Shown here: positions 8,657 to 18,460 of the stretch, piece after piece
Layout of the letters: each line of letters starts with the position of its first letter
How positions within the stretch are numbered: position 1 is the stretch's first letter
Source of the DNA: a virus
Strand: one strand, 5' to 3'
IMG/VR virus record: IMGVR_UViG_3300049825_001003
Coordinates: 6,133 to 70,132 of that record
Length of the DNA stretch: 64,000 nucleotides
Program-made: the position numbers and the translations under genes
The notes under the pieces: model-generated
Seen by the model: only the letters and a program-made list of their open reading frames with translations
The model's database searches: none
Told to the model about the DNA's origin: nothing

Positions 8657-11551
8657 ATGTCACAAAATCTACCCAACCAGAGAACAAAATACCGGCCTAT
8701 GGCGTGCGGTTTCCATGCTCACTCTGATATGTCTTTGGATGGTGGAGTAACAATTGAACAGAAAATTAATAGAGCAATAGAACTAGGCAGGCCTGCAGAT
8801 TGCCTCACAGACCATGGCAACATGAATGGGCTAGCTCTGCACCACATGTGTTGTTCAAAGAAGAAGATTCTGGCTATTATGGGCATCGAAGCCTATGTTA
8901 TCGACCCTTATGAGCCGACCAAAGTAGTAATGCGCAGAGGCAAAGAAACTACTATTCCTAATTTCGCCCACATGACAATTCACTTTAAGACTCAAGAAGC
9001 TTATCAATACTTTTGCAAGCTCACTCCCATTATGGAATCCAGGGCAGTCACCATTTTCGGTGAGCGTAAACCTCTTATGATTTGGGAAGAGCTCGAAGGC
9101 ATTGCAGGGCAGATAGTAATCGGCTCCGGCTGTTTAGTTTCCTTCATACAGAAACACGTCCTGAATGGCAGAATTGACCGAGCTACTCACATGTACGAAA
9201 AGATTCGCTCACTGGCAGGCCCAGAGAACTTCTACGTGGAAGTGTTTGGTCACGAAGTGACTCACAATTGGAAAAGCCCTGGCAAAGACACTGCTGGCGA
9301 TTGGCTTCCGAAGATGTTTGTTCCGAATGAATGTGACGCTGCAGGGATGATAAAAGACATCCAGAAGGACCCGAATGATTTTGTCATTATGATGGCAAGA
9401 AAGTATGGGGATAAAATCCTCTGCTCGGAAGATTCTCATCTAAGTACTGAAGATAACAAGCAAATTCAAGATTGTAAATTAAGTAATGGAGAATCTGCCT
9501 GGAAGTTCTATAACGCTTATTCTATGGAATCTACAGACTTTTGGGCAGAAAAAATCCAACACCGGCATGGGCTTTCTGATAAGAATATCGAAGAAATGGT
9601 AGACAATTCTTACCACTTCATCGAACACTTCAAAGATTATAAATTTCACACAGCTAAAGACGGCTGGTTCTTGCCTAGTGTAAAGACTATCTTCGGTGAT
9701 AAATATGAGGGGAAATCTAATAAAGAAATCCTCAAAGAACTTATTCGCAAATCAGACAGGATGCCCCCTAGGGACCACCCGCGCTATCAGGAATACTTAG
9801 AGCGTCTGAAGTACGAAGTTTCGGTGATTGCTGACAATGGAAAAATTGACCTACTCCCTTACTTCTTCACAGTTGCTGACATCGCAGACTGGTGTCGAGA
9901 CAATGACGTTCTGATGAACCTAAGAGGATCTGGAGGAGGATGCTTGTTGGCATACCTCCTAGGACTTTCGGTTACGGATTCAGTCAAGTGGGAATTGCCA
10001 TTCGAAAGATGTTTGACCCTAGGGCGCGTCAAGTCTGGAATTTTGCCGGATCTCGATTGCGATTTCTCCAGTAAATCCAAAGTGTTAGAGTACTTAAAGG
10101 CAAAATACAACAACAACACAGCTCCAATATCCATCAACTCACTCATTAAAGTGAAGGCCGCGATTCGTGACGTGGAGCGCATGGAGAAGGGCGAAGTTAT
10201 TATAGAAACTGAGATGATGTGCCGAGCTTTGCCAAATATCCCCCAGGGAGTAGAAAGCCTCAAGTGGCTCAACGGTTATATGGACAAAGAAACTGAGACT
10301 TGGGTACAAGGTTTCCTCGAAGATCCTTCTGACGCTGCAAAGAAGCTAAAAGAATATTCACAAAATGAACCGGTAATATGGCAGACAGTAACAAAATGTT
10401 TAGGAATAATGAGACAGAAAAGCCAACACGCTTGTGCGTCGATTATAACCGACCAAGAAGTATCATCTATTGTCCCCCTAACAATGATTGGCGATGAGCT
10501 AATTACTGGATTCTGTCCTAAATCCTGTGAATATGTCGGCCTAGTGAAGTTCGACTTCCTGGGAGTGCAGACCTTAGAGTCCATCCGGCTCTCTCTTGCA
10601 GAGATTAAAAAAGACACCGGAGAGGACTTTCCTTGGGGCGAGTTTCCTGCCGAGCCTAAAGATTATGAAAATATAATTCGCCCTATGCAGACTGCAGGAT
10701 TGTTCCAGATTAAGACTCACACTATGCGCCCCTTTGTTCAGAACACTCAGCCTAGAAGTACAGGAGACCTCTCGAACTTAGTTGCTCTTGTGCGCCCTGG
10801 TGCTATGGACGCTCCTGCTCCTGATGGCAGTGACATGTCTGCTGCTGAGTACTTTGTTGCAGTGAGACAAGGTAGAGCAAAACCTTATTATATTCACTCG
10901 GATCTAGCTCCAATATTATCAGAGTCTTACGGCGTGGTGCTCTTTCAAGAGCAAACTTTGAGAGTATTCCGCGACTTAGCTGGATATTCCTATGAGACTG
11001 CAGAAGGGGTGAGAAGGGCTATCGGTAAGAAGGTTAAAGAAGAGATGGAATTGCACTTAGGAGTGCTAAAAACAAAGCTCTTGGAAAGAGAGTGGAGCTC
11101 TAATCAAATCAATGCCTTAGTTGAATCAATTCTTGCAAGTGCCCGCTACAGCTTCAACAAAAGCCACAGCACATCCTGCGGGATCGTAACAAATAACGGT
11201 ATTTTCCTGAAATCCAGATACCCTCTTTATTTTTACCTTGGAGAGCTTCAGTCAAATATCGACGACAGGGATAAGGCGCGAGAAATTATGTCTGAGTGCC
11301 GAAGCTTTATTCTGCCTCCAGATATTCTCACTTCCCACCCTACCGAGTGGCGCATTGAGCAAGCAGAGAAACTGAGAGCTCCTCTGTCAATTGTTAAAGG
11401 GGTAGGAGGAAAAGCTGCCTCCAGCATTTCCCTGATTATGCAAAATGGGATTACAGGCCTGGCTCTCAAACCTGCTCCTGTCAAGAAAGAGAAAGCTCCT
11501 CCGAAGCCAACTAAGAAATCGCTTAAAGTCAAAGAGCTTTCTTTAGATTGA
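8657..11551 (+). CDS. dnaE: DNA polymerase III alpha subunit (family C), N-terminal part: PHP, palm, fingers, start of HhH
   Basis: HAHSDMSLDG, TDHG, GIEAY, RGSGGG, PDLDCDF, HAC, KFDFLG, RPG, YSFNKSH, KGVG motifs. Confidence 0.95.
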   Translation: MSQNLPNQRTKYRPMACGFHAHSDMSLDGGVTIEQKINRAIELGRPADCLTDHGNMNGLALHHMCCSKKKILAIMGIEAYVIDPYEPTKVVMRRGKETTIPNFAHMTIHFKTQEAYQYFCKLTPIMESRAVTIFGERKPLMIWEELEGIAGQIVIGSGCLVSFIQKHVLNGRIDRATHMYEKIRSLAGPENFYVEVFGHEVTHNWKSPGKDTAGDWLPKMFVPNECDAAGMIKDIQKDPNDFVIMMARKYGDKILCSEDSHLSTEDNKQIQDCKLSNGESAWKFYNAYSMESTDFWAEKIQHRHGLSDKNIEEMVDNSYHFIEHFKDYKFHTAKDGWFLPSVKTIFGDKYEGKSNKEILKELIRKSDRMPPRDHPRYQEYLERLKYEVSVIADNGKIDLLPYFFTVADIADWCRDNDVLMNLRGSGGGCLLAYLLGLSVTDSVKWELPFERCLTLGRVKSGILPDLDCDFSSKSKVLEYLKAKYNNNTAPISINSLIKVKAAIRDVERMEKGEVIIETEMMCRALPNIPQGVESLKWLNGYMDKETETWVQGFLEDPSDAAKKLKEYSQNEPVIWQTVTKCLGIMRQKSQHACASIITDQEVSSIVPLTMIGDELITGFCPKSCEYVGLVKFDFLGVQTLESIRLSLAEIKKDTGEDFPWGEFPAEPKDYENIIRPMQTAGLFQIKTHTMRPFVQNTQPRSTGDLSNLVALVRPGAMDAPAPDGSDMSAAEYFVAVRQGRAKPYYIHSDLAPILSESYGVVLFQEQTLRVFRDLAGYSYETAEGVRRAIGKKVKEEMELHLGVLKTKLLEREWSSNQINALVESILASARYSFNKSHSTSCGIVTNNGIFLKSRYPLYFYLGELQSNIDDRDKAREIMSECRSFILPPDILTSHPTEWRIEQAEKLRAPLSIVKGVGGKAASSISLIMQNGITGLALKPAPVKKEKAPPKPTKKSLKVKELSLD

Positions 11552-11576
11552 CAAAAAATAGCAACCTCTCTACTAT
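11548..11576 (+). promoter_or_regulatory. sigma70-type promoter for the DnaE C-terminal gene
   Basis: TTGACA-N17-TACTAT; the -35 box contains the TGA stop of dnaE-N. Confidence 0.75.
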
Positions 11577-11604
11577 CCCCGAACATTCTCAACAGGTGAC
11601 TTAA

Positions 11605-12387
11605 ATGCTTTGGCAAGAATTCCTTCAATTACTAAAAACAGCCAAAACAACAGTAGAGACTGGCGTGCTGAACTTAGACGCAGGCTCACTAACGACTTTG
11701 CTTTACTCAGGAGCAATGGATTCACTCCTGCCTCCAGCTCCTACAGTTCAGGACTATTCTGATTATGCTCAGCAGATTAAAGACGCTCTAGGCTCCAAAG
11801 CAGCTCCCAAGAAAGCTTCGAAAACAGAAGACTATGGCATTGAAGATATTTCTCATGAAATTATTTTACATCTCTGGAGAAACCAAGCCGATCCTACTTA
11901 TCAGTTCGACTGGTCTCACATGCTGGGAGAGAAAATCGAAAGTGAAGGATTCCAGAGATTCCTTAAAAAACCAGCACTCCTTTATATTAAGCGCACTGAC
12001 AAAGGAATGAGGCAGGACGTGTGGGCAAGCTGGGGCCACATGATGAACGAACCTCGGGCGATCACTTGCTACCTATACCCAAAAGCTGGAGAAACTCCAG
12101 CCTTCATTGGCTCTATTGTTGAGTCAAAAACCTTCAAATACAGTGGTAATACGAAAGAAGCGGTGAAAGTGAGGGTGTTCACAGGGGCTGACACTACCGA
12201 GTCAATTACTGTCTGGCCTTCCAGAGGCAAAGATGCTCTCACTGCTCACCAGAAGGCATGCCTGAAAGAAGGTGCTGTAGGCATTGCAGTAGTGTCCTTG
12301 AAGATGTGGAATGACCGACTGTCTCCATCTCTTGTTGAGTGGGTACTCTTAGAACCAAGCTTTAAATTGAAAAAGGCAGGATTATGA
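11605..12387 (+). CDS. DnaE C-terminal part (end of HhH region plus OB fold) encoded as a separate gene
   Basis: EFLQ...LTTLLYSGAMDSL matches DnaE DFxxR...LExLIxAGAFDSL; OB-like C-terminal strands (FIGSIVESKT...ITVWP); own AGGTGA RBS. Confidence 0.7.
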   Translation: MLWQEFLQLLKTAKTTVETGVLNLDAGSLTTLLYSGAMDSLLPPAPTVQDYSDYAQQIKDALGSKAAPKKASKTEDYGIEDISHEIILHLWRNQADPTYQFDWSHMLGEKIESEGFQRFLKKPALLYIKRTDKGMRQDVWASWGHMMNEPRAITCYLYPKAGETPAFIGSIVESKTFKYSGNTKEAVKVRVFTGADTTESITVWPSRGKDALTAHQKACLKEGAVGIAVVSLKMWNDRLSPSLVEWVLLEPSFKLKKAGL

Positions 12388-12917
12388 AGAAGGTTTTGAA
12401 GAAAGACAAGGATGTTGAGAAAAAAGAGAAGAAGTGGGTACTCCGGCCTTTGATGATTAGTGCCCTGAAGAAATTGTTCGTCCGAAGTCCTATGTTCAGG
12501 ATTATCAAGAAAATGAACAGAAGGCCTAGGACAGTAATCAATAAAGATGGGAGTGACAGTATTGCCTTGAGATGGGAATACCAATGCAACATTTGCAAAA
12601 ACTGGTTTCCTGAGAAAATAAAGAAAGAAGCTCAAATCCAAATTGATCATATCGATCCTGTTATAAATCCAGAAACTGGGTTTATAAACATCGATGACTG
12701 GAGCCAGAGAGAATTTATTGGAGTGGAGTGTTATGACCCTAAGACAGAGAGTGAAGAAATGTTCTATACGCGCATCAAGGACAAGCTGCAAATTGCGTGC
12801 CTAAAATGCCATGTAGCTAAAAGTATTGAAGAAAATGCTCGCCGAAGAGAAGTAAAGAAACTAAAAGCTCCTCCAAAAAACACCTTGACTTTGCCAAAGA
12901 AAAAGCCTAAGAACTAA
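12384..12917 (+). CDS. HNH endonuclease
   Basis: CNIC...QIDHIDPV...LQIACLKCH zinc-binding HNH pattern. Confidence 0.8.
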   Translation: MKKVLKKDKDVEKKEKKWVLRPLMISALKKLFVRSPMFRIIKKMNRRPRTVINKDGSDSIALRWEYQCNICKNWFPEKIKKEAQIQIDHIDPVINPETGFINIDDWSQREFIGVECYDPKTESEEMFYTRIKDKLQIACLKCHVAKSIEENARRREVKKLKAPPKNTLTLPKKKPKN

Positions 12918-12944
12918 TATCTCCATTAACTAGAAGGATATTTA

Positions 12945-13502
12945 ATGTACTACGATCGCTGTATCAAGGTCCCCGTGTACGTAATCTTGAAGAATCTTTC
13001 AGTTAAAGAACTGAAAACTGCTTCTGAGAAATTAAAGAAGTTATTCCCGAGGCGTGTTGATTGGCCAGGAAGTACATTTTTCGAGACTGCAAATAAATTC
13101 AAAAGTCGTGGATATGAGCATATTCTAGGTGCGTTCCCCCAGACAATCGACAATGACCTTCTCTTGAGAATGGCCAATGCTCACTTGGCTGGAGATGGAG
13201 GCTCTGCTTCCTTGCAGCCCCAGAATCATTTAGTGCGCAATCTGAACAGGAACGTACCTACTCAGTTTGACTACCAGGCAATATTCGACCGATTCTTGGA
13301 GTGCTGTACTGATGAGAGTATTTGCTTTTCTATGAAGACAGGAGGATGCACTGGCTTCTGGGGCATTGGAGAACCTACTCATTTCGACATTTATCGAATT
13401 GCTGAACAAGTAATCACAATTGGCCATGGTGAAGATTGCAGTGTGAATCTAGATGGTAAAGATATTAGCAAAGTGTTAGATGTTGTTTTCCCCCAAGCCT
13501 AA
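12945..13502 (+). CDS. Hypothetical protein
   Basis: 185-aa ORF with AAGGA RBS, in operon context. Confidence 0.65.
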   Translation: MYYDRCIKVPVYVILKNLSVKELKTASEKLKKLFPRRVDWPGSTFFETANKFKSRGYEHILGAFPQTIDNDLLLRMANAHLAGDGGSASLQPQNHLVRNLNRNVPTQFDYQAIFDRFLECCTDESICFSMKTGGCTGFWGIGEPTHFDIYRIAEQVITIGHGEDCSVNLDGKDISKVLDVVFPQA

Positions 13503-13511
13503 GGACTCCAC

Positions 13512-14306
13512 ATGACAGATAATAATTTTTCTCACATAACTATGACGCCTAAAGCCACTCCTCTTAAGGAGATTCAGGCTGCAAATCCTAGAGTAAAATT
13601 CACTTCTTCTAATGTAGTTACTGAAGAATGGGAAGGATTCCTCTGGAACGAAGGAGAAGCTCCTCTCTGTTTAGAAAAAATAGCAGAATCTCATGAGAAG
13701 TGGGTTAATAAAAAAACGCCGCACTTCACAGAACTTCGACTGCCTGAGGATGTAGTTCTAACAACCGGCATTACGCTCCAAGAAGCTCTGGATGCTCACA
13801 AGAGATGGTTATCTAACCCTCGAACTGGCGCTCGGTTTGTATATGGGGGCGACTTATCAGGAATCAACTTGCGCAACTTGAATCTGTCAAAATCAGTACT
13901 GGCCGGTGCTGTCCTGTCAGAATCCGATCTCTCTTATACTGACTTTTCTAATGCGACAATGACAGATTCAGACTTAGTCAGAGCAGTCATTCGCAATACT
14001 AATTTTCAGGCAGCTAGCTTACGTTTTGCAAATATGGCTGGAGCAGATGCTTCCTATGCAATTTTCTCATTTGCTAAATTAGACCATGCAAATATGTTTA
14101 AGGTAAATCTAGGCAGTGCTATTTTCGGAGGCACCTCAATGGAAGGCACTGACCTCCTAGAAGCTTCTCTCTCAAGCACTCAGTTTAACTACGTAGATTT
14201 GAGACTAACTTGCATTTCCGGAGCTGAAATCTTCACCACTACGTCATTTACAGGCTCTCTTATGAGGGATTCTTTATTCATAGTTCTTCAGAAATTAAAC
14301 AGCTAA
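13512..14306 (+). CDS. Pentapeptide-repeat protein
   Basis: LDAHKRWL followed by about 25 A(D/N)Lxx-type pentapeptides. Confidence 0.9.
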   Translation: MTDNNFSHITMTPKATPLKEIQAANPRVKFTSSNVVTEEWEGFLWNEGEAPLCLEKIAESHEKWVNKKTPHFTELRLPEDVVLTTGITLQEALDAHKRWLSNPRTGARFVYGGDLSGINLRNLNLSKSVLAGAVLSESDLSYTDFSNATMTDSDLVRAVIRNTNFQAASLRFANMAGADASYAIFSFAKLDHANMFKVNLGSAIFGGTSMEGTDLLEASLSSTQFNYVDLRLTCISGAEIFTTTSFTGSLMRDSLFIVLQKLNS

Positions 14307-14326
14307 AAAAAGAATCGCAAATCCCC

Positions 14327-14353
14327 TAAAGTTCTTCTTTTTTCTTCCGATAA
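14327..14353 (+). promoter_or_regulatory. sigma28/FliA-type promoter
   Basis: TAAA-N15-TCCGATAA, intergenic. Confidence 0.8.
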
Positions 14354-14389
14354 GTCAAATAGGCACTAACAATTCGCCGGGAGGCATTC

Positions 14390-15259
14390 ATGTCAGAGAA
14401 GTCGATTCATAAGTTTGTTCATGAGGGTTACGGGACTAAAGTAAAAATTACTACTAATGATGTAAGTCTGAGTAGTATTTTGGAAACATTCACTCATTAC
14501 CTCAAGGCCTGTGGCTTCGGGATGGATGGACGTTCTGTTGAGGCCGTCTTAGATGAGCCTGAACAAGTCCCCTATTCAACTCCTTCAGTAAGAGATGCTA
14601 TTTCTCTTCTTGAGGACGTAGAAACTCCTGACAGTCTTTCTGACTATCACCAAGAAATGCTTCTTGATGAAGTTACTAGATTATTTAACGGCAGTGGTGA
14701 AAATGACACTCACCGATTATTGGCAGCATTACTGAATCACAGAAGCGCTTCTTTAGAAGCGGTGGTTAAGTTACGTGACGACCTTGGAGTCATAATCAAC
14801 AGCTGGCCTGGTGATGAGAATGAAAAGGTGCAGCAAGAAGAACGCCCTATCGATCAAGTGCGCAACGCTCTAACCGAGGAAGAACTTGAAGAGTTAATTG
14901 AAAAAGCTAGAAGTAAGCATGTACCAGTAAGACTTGGAGGAGTAACTGCCTCCGACAAACATTCATTCTCCTGGAATGGTGAAAAAGCCCCAACTACTGA
15001 ACAGCTTAATTTAATTGTCAAAGGGTGGCTTGTTGAAAATCGTACAAAAACTACAGAGAATGATTTTCTTTCAGGGGCATACAGTATAGAACCAGTGGAA
15101 AGTTTCACTATTCCTAAAACTGCTTTTTCGACGAAAAGTGAGCCTAGCGATGAGTGTCCATTGACTTGGAACGAATTTAGGTTGACAGAAGAAGAAATAG
15201 AAGCTAAAAAAGCAAAGTCTGATTCGGACAATTTTTTCAGCCCACAATGTAAGTTGTGA
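14390..15259 (+). CDS. Hypothetical acidic protein
   Basis: 289-aa ORF with GGAGG RBS downstream of a promoter. Confidence 0.7.
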   Translation: MSEKSIHKFVHEGYGTKVKITTNDVSLSSILETFTHYLKACGFGMDGRSVEAVLDEPEQVPYSTPSVRDAISLLEDVETPDSLSDYHQEMLLDEVTRLFNGSGENDTHRLLAALLNHRSASLEAVVKLRDDLGVIINSWPGDENEKVQQEERPIDQVRNALTEEELEELIEKARSKHVPVRLGGVTASDKHSFSWNGEKAPTTEQLNLIVKGWLVENRTKTTENDFLSGAYSIEPVESFTIPKTAFSTKSEPSDECPLTWNEFRLTEEEIEAKKAKSDSDNFFSPQCKL

Positions 15260-15309
15260 TTTTACAAAGGAGTTCTTGTGAGTAGTAATCTGATGAGCGG
15301 TTCTCCAAA

Positions 15310-17316
15310 ATGACCAACAGTTCAAAGGCTAAACGCTTATCAGAAATGCTGGATAGGATGGAGGAGAAGGTTAGGAAGATTAACCCAGATATCTCTCTAG
15401 ATAGAAGTACTTACATAAAACAGAAAGATCTGTGCCGCTGGATAGATTCTAAAGTAGGTGAATTTTATCGCACTCCTAATTCAGTTATCAACGGGTCTGC
15501 ATTCCATCCCGACACTTTACAAGACAGAAAAAAAGCAACTTCTCTGGCAAAGTTTGGCACTGAAAACCCCGCACAAAGCGAAGAGATTATTCGCAAGATA
15601 AAAGAAACTATCTGTAAAAAGTATGGAGAGGGTGGCCATATGAAAAATAGTGACGTCGTGAACAGATATAAAGATACAATGAACGAACGGTATGGTGTTG
15701 ATTATCCTGCACAAAACCAAACCATTCTTAAAAAACAATGGTCCACAAATCTAGAGCGATACGGCCACAGGAGCTCCTTAGGGAATTCCGATGTTGTGCA
15801 AAAGGTGCGTGACACAAATCTCGAGCGGCACGGTTTTAGTTTTCCTGTCCAGAACATCGAGATTAAGGAAAAAATGCAGAAAACTAATCTAGAGAAATAC
15901 GGGACTAGATACCCAATTCTGAATCCAGATGTCATGAAGAAGATAAAGGAGACAAATATAGAAAGGTTCGGGATGGAATACGCCGTAGCCTCCCCCCCAG
16001 TGAGAGCCAAGATAGAAAAATCTCACATTGAGAGAACAGGCTTCAAAAACTCCCTCCAGAATCCTGCTATAAGGGAAGCTATAAAGAAAACGATGCTCAG
16101 CAGGTATGGATCCGAGCATCCGGGTGGAAGCCACGCAATCCAACAGAAGATTCATCAAAAACAAAAAAACACCGGGCCTGAAGTCTACGTAAAGAAGTTT
16201 CTTGTTAATGCCGGAATTGATGTGCGAGACCAGGTTTTCTTGAATGGAAAAATGTGGGATTTAGGAATTTTCAAAAACAATCAGCTCGATCTTATAATTG
16301 AAATAGACGGTGAGTTCCACCACTCGCTTATTTCCGATCCTTACTCTCTCAAGAATCAATTCGTCCCTGATGATACTCGATATTCACGACTTCCTGAGAA
16401 TGTAAAATTCTTGGCAATAGACTCACAGAAAGTGAAGAAGTCGTTTCCAGAAATATCTCGTTTGTTGAATATGGACTGCTCCGATCAGGTGAATGAGATA
16501 GTCACATCCTTAACAGGCAGCCCCTTCCCATTTCCTGCTTATGATTCAAAAAGGATGGCCAAGGACTGGACAAACCTGTGCAAAATGAAACCAATAGATA
16601 AATTCAATAACAAGCTTATGCCTGCTAATTCATTAGTCACTAATTTTCATAAGTCCATTTATTTTTCCAAGGTAGGTAAAAACCCCAGCCCCGCTGAAGC
16701 GTGGAGCGATAAAAAACTACTGAAGAAATGTATTGAGAATAGATTTCTATATGCATCCTCGCTTTCAAGCCAAACTATAGCCAGAGGTTTCGAAAGGAGC
16801 AAGATTGCTCCTAGAGTTACAGTGTTTCAGCCATATCTAGCTAGATGGCTATTGCAAACTTACACACCTGAAGCAAAAATAGTCACAGATCCGTTTTCTG
16901 GATTCTCAGGAAGAATGCTGGGAGCTGCCAGTCTGGGCATGCACTATTACGGTTCTGATATTAGATGTGAAGTAATTGAAGAAAGCCAAAAGATTTCTGA
17001 TTTTCTAAAATTAGAGAATATTTTTCTCTCACAGGTGTCCAGTGAGGCGGCGGTGTTGCCTGATGCCGACACTCTGCTGACTTGCCCACCTTATGGGAAT
17101 AAGGAAGTTTGGTTTCATGGTCAAGATTGCATGTCTGCAGACGATTACATAGACCAATGTTTGTCTAGGTTCAAGGCTAAAACTTATATTTTTGTTATTG
17201 ACAAGACTGTGAAGTACAACGATTTTATAAGACTGTCAATTGACAGAACAAGTCATATAAGTTCAAGTTCTAAAGAATTAGTTGTTGTGATTGAACCTTG
17301 TGAGAAAAAAAATTAA
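15310..17316 (+). mobile_element. Free-standing endonuclease-like gene: 9 x 23-aa KYG repeats + PD-(D/E)xK (Vsr/DUF559-like) nuclease + DNA methyltransferase-like domain
   Basis: Repeats aa 74-280; WDLGI...IEIDGEFHH nuclease motif; DPFSGFSGRMLGA (SAM-binding motif I) and TCPPY (catalytic motif IV-like). Confidence 0.75.
15529..16149 (+). repeat. Nine tandem 69-bp (23-aa) KYG repeats (DUF7487-like)
   Basis: e.g. MQKTNLEKYGTRYPILNPDVMKK / IKETNIERFGMEYAVASPPVRAK; exact 23-aa period. Confidence 0.9.
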
Positions 17317-17325
17317 AAAAAAGAC

Positions 17326-17353
17326 TTGACTTTTGATAATAAAAAGCCGAAAA
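17326..17353 (+). promoter_or_regulatory. Variant promoter upstream of ssb (TTGAC -35, sigma28-like -10)
   Basis: TTGAC-N15-GCCGAAAA, followed by the G-N5-TAGG seen after the sigma28 sites. Confidence 0.5.
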
Positions 17354-17445
17354 GAGCTATAGGAGAGGAACTGATTAATAACAGAGGACTGTTGAGAATT
17401 AAGAAATATTTTTTTACAAACGCATAATAGCAAAGGAAATAGATT

Positions 17446-18450
17446 ATGCAAAGCCCTTTAGATTTGATAGATGGTGATGTGGATTATGACAGAGCTGGCC
17501 AATCGGCAGGCAGCTTCAGGTCGGCAATATTGCGCCTACCGAAAGCCGGTGAAGTATTAATCGGGAAGTTTGTTGTTATACCTGATGGCTCTAGACGTCC
17601 GTACCTTCCGGCACCCTATTACGATTTTATGGTTGGGGATGACCCTACAAAAGATGGTCGTTCTCACTTCTCTCTCAAAATGGTCCAGGCAGATTGTCCG
17701 AAAGACGCTGTCTACTGGGCTCAGATGAAAGCTCGTAAAAAGCTTAAAGAAGAAGGAAAGCAAGACACACGTGAATATAAACGCGCCGAGGCGTTGATTG
17801 CCGCGAATCGTCCTAAGACAGGGGCCCTTCTCTTGTTTGTCGAGAAAGGACAGAAGACTGTAAAACCTCTCTTCATAAAAGAGCAAATGATTCAAGAACT
17901 TTTCGGTGTTAAAGACCACTGGCAAAAACCTGACTCTCCTGGTCTTTTCCGGAAGCTGAAAGAAGAAGGTCATTCTCCTTATGACATGCGCAGCTCCACC
18001 GGATGGATCAAGCTCTATAAGTCGGGCAGTGGCAAAGACACTAAGTTTAATGCAGAGCTTGATCAGCACTCTACCGAAGCAGTGATCAATGGCAAAACTG
18101 TGAAAGTTCGTGCTCCTACTGAACATGAAGTTGACCCTGCAATTATCGAAATGATAAAAGGAGGCAAACTTCCTGACCTCATCACTTTAGCCTCAGACCC
18201 TAAAGAAATGTGGACAAATGATGAGTGTGAAGATTATGCAAAAAATCTCACTATTCCTGACAGGTTCAAGAAGAACAGTAAAGCTGCTGCAGTTGTGCGT
18301 TCATCTCCTGTAGCTGAAGAGAATGACTTGCTCTCTGGTGACTATGCAGATGCTGCTGACGAGGTTACTCAGGCTGTAGTTGCCCCTAAAGCAAAGGCAG
18401 CTCCTGTACAGAAAGTCTCGAGCAGTGATGATTTCGACGATTTATTTTAA
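17446..18450 (+). CDS. Single-stranded DNA-binding protein (gp32-like)
   Basis: KSGSGKDTKF motif, flexible Ala/Pro linker, acidic tail SSDDFDDLF; next to a UvsY-like gene. Confidence 0.75.
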   Translation: MQSPLDLIDGDVDYDRAGQSAGSFRSAILRLPKAGEVLIGKFVVIPDGSRRPYLPAPYYDFMVGDDPTKDGRSHFSLKMVQADCPKDAVYWAQMKARKKLKEEGKQDTREYKRAEALIAANRPKTGALLLFVEKGQKTVKPLFIKEQMIQELFGVKDHWQKPDSPGLFRKLKEEGHSPYDMRSSTGWIKLYKSGSGKDTKFNAELDQHSTEAVINGKTVKVRAPTEHEVDPAIIEMIKGGKLPDLITLASDPKEMWTNDECEDYAKNLTIPDRFKKNSKAAAVVRSSPVAEENDLLSGDYADAADEVTQAVVAPKAKAAPVQKVSSSDDFDDLF

Positions 18451-18460
18451 GGAAAACTAA

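Noticed and set aside
11450-11610. Split intein, intron or ribosomal bypass joining the two DnaE parts
   Set aside because: No Cys/Ser-start or HN-end intein blocks, the gap is only 53 nt, and the second ORF has its own promoter, RBS and an in-frame stop directly upstream.
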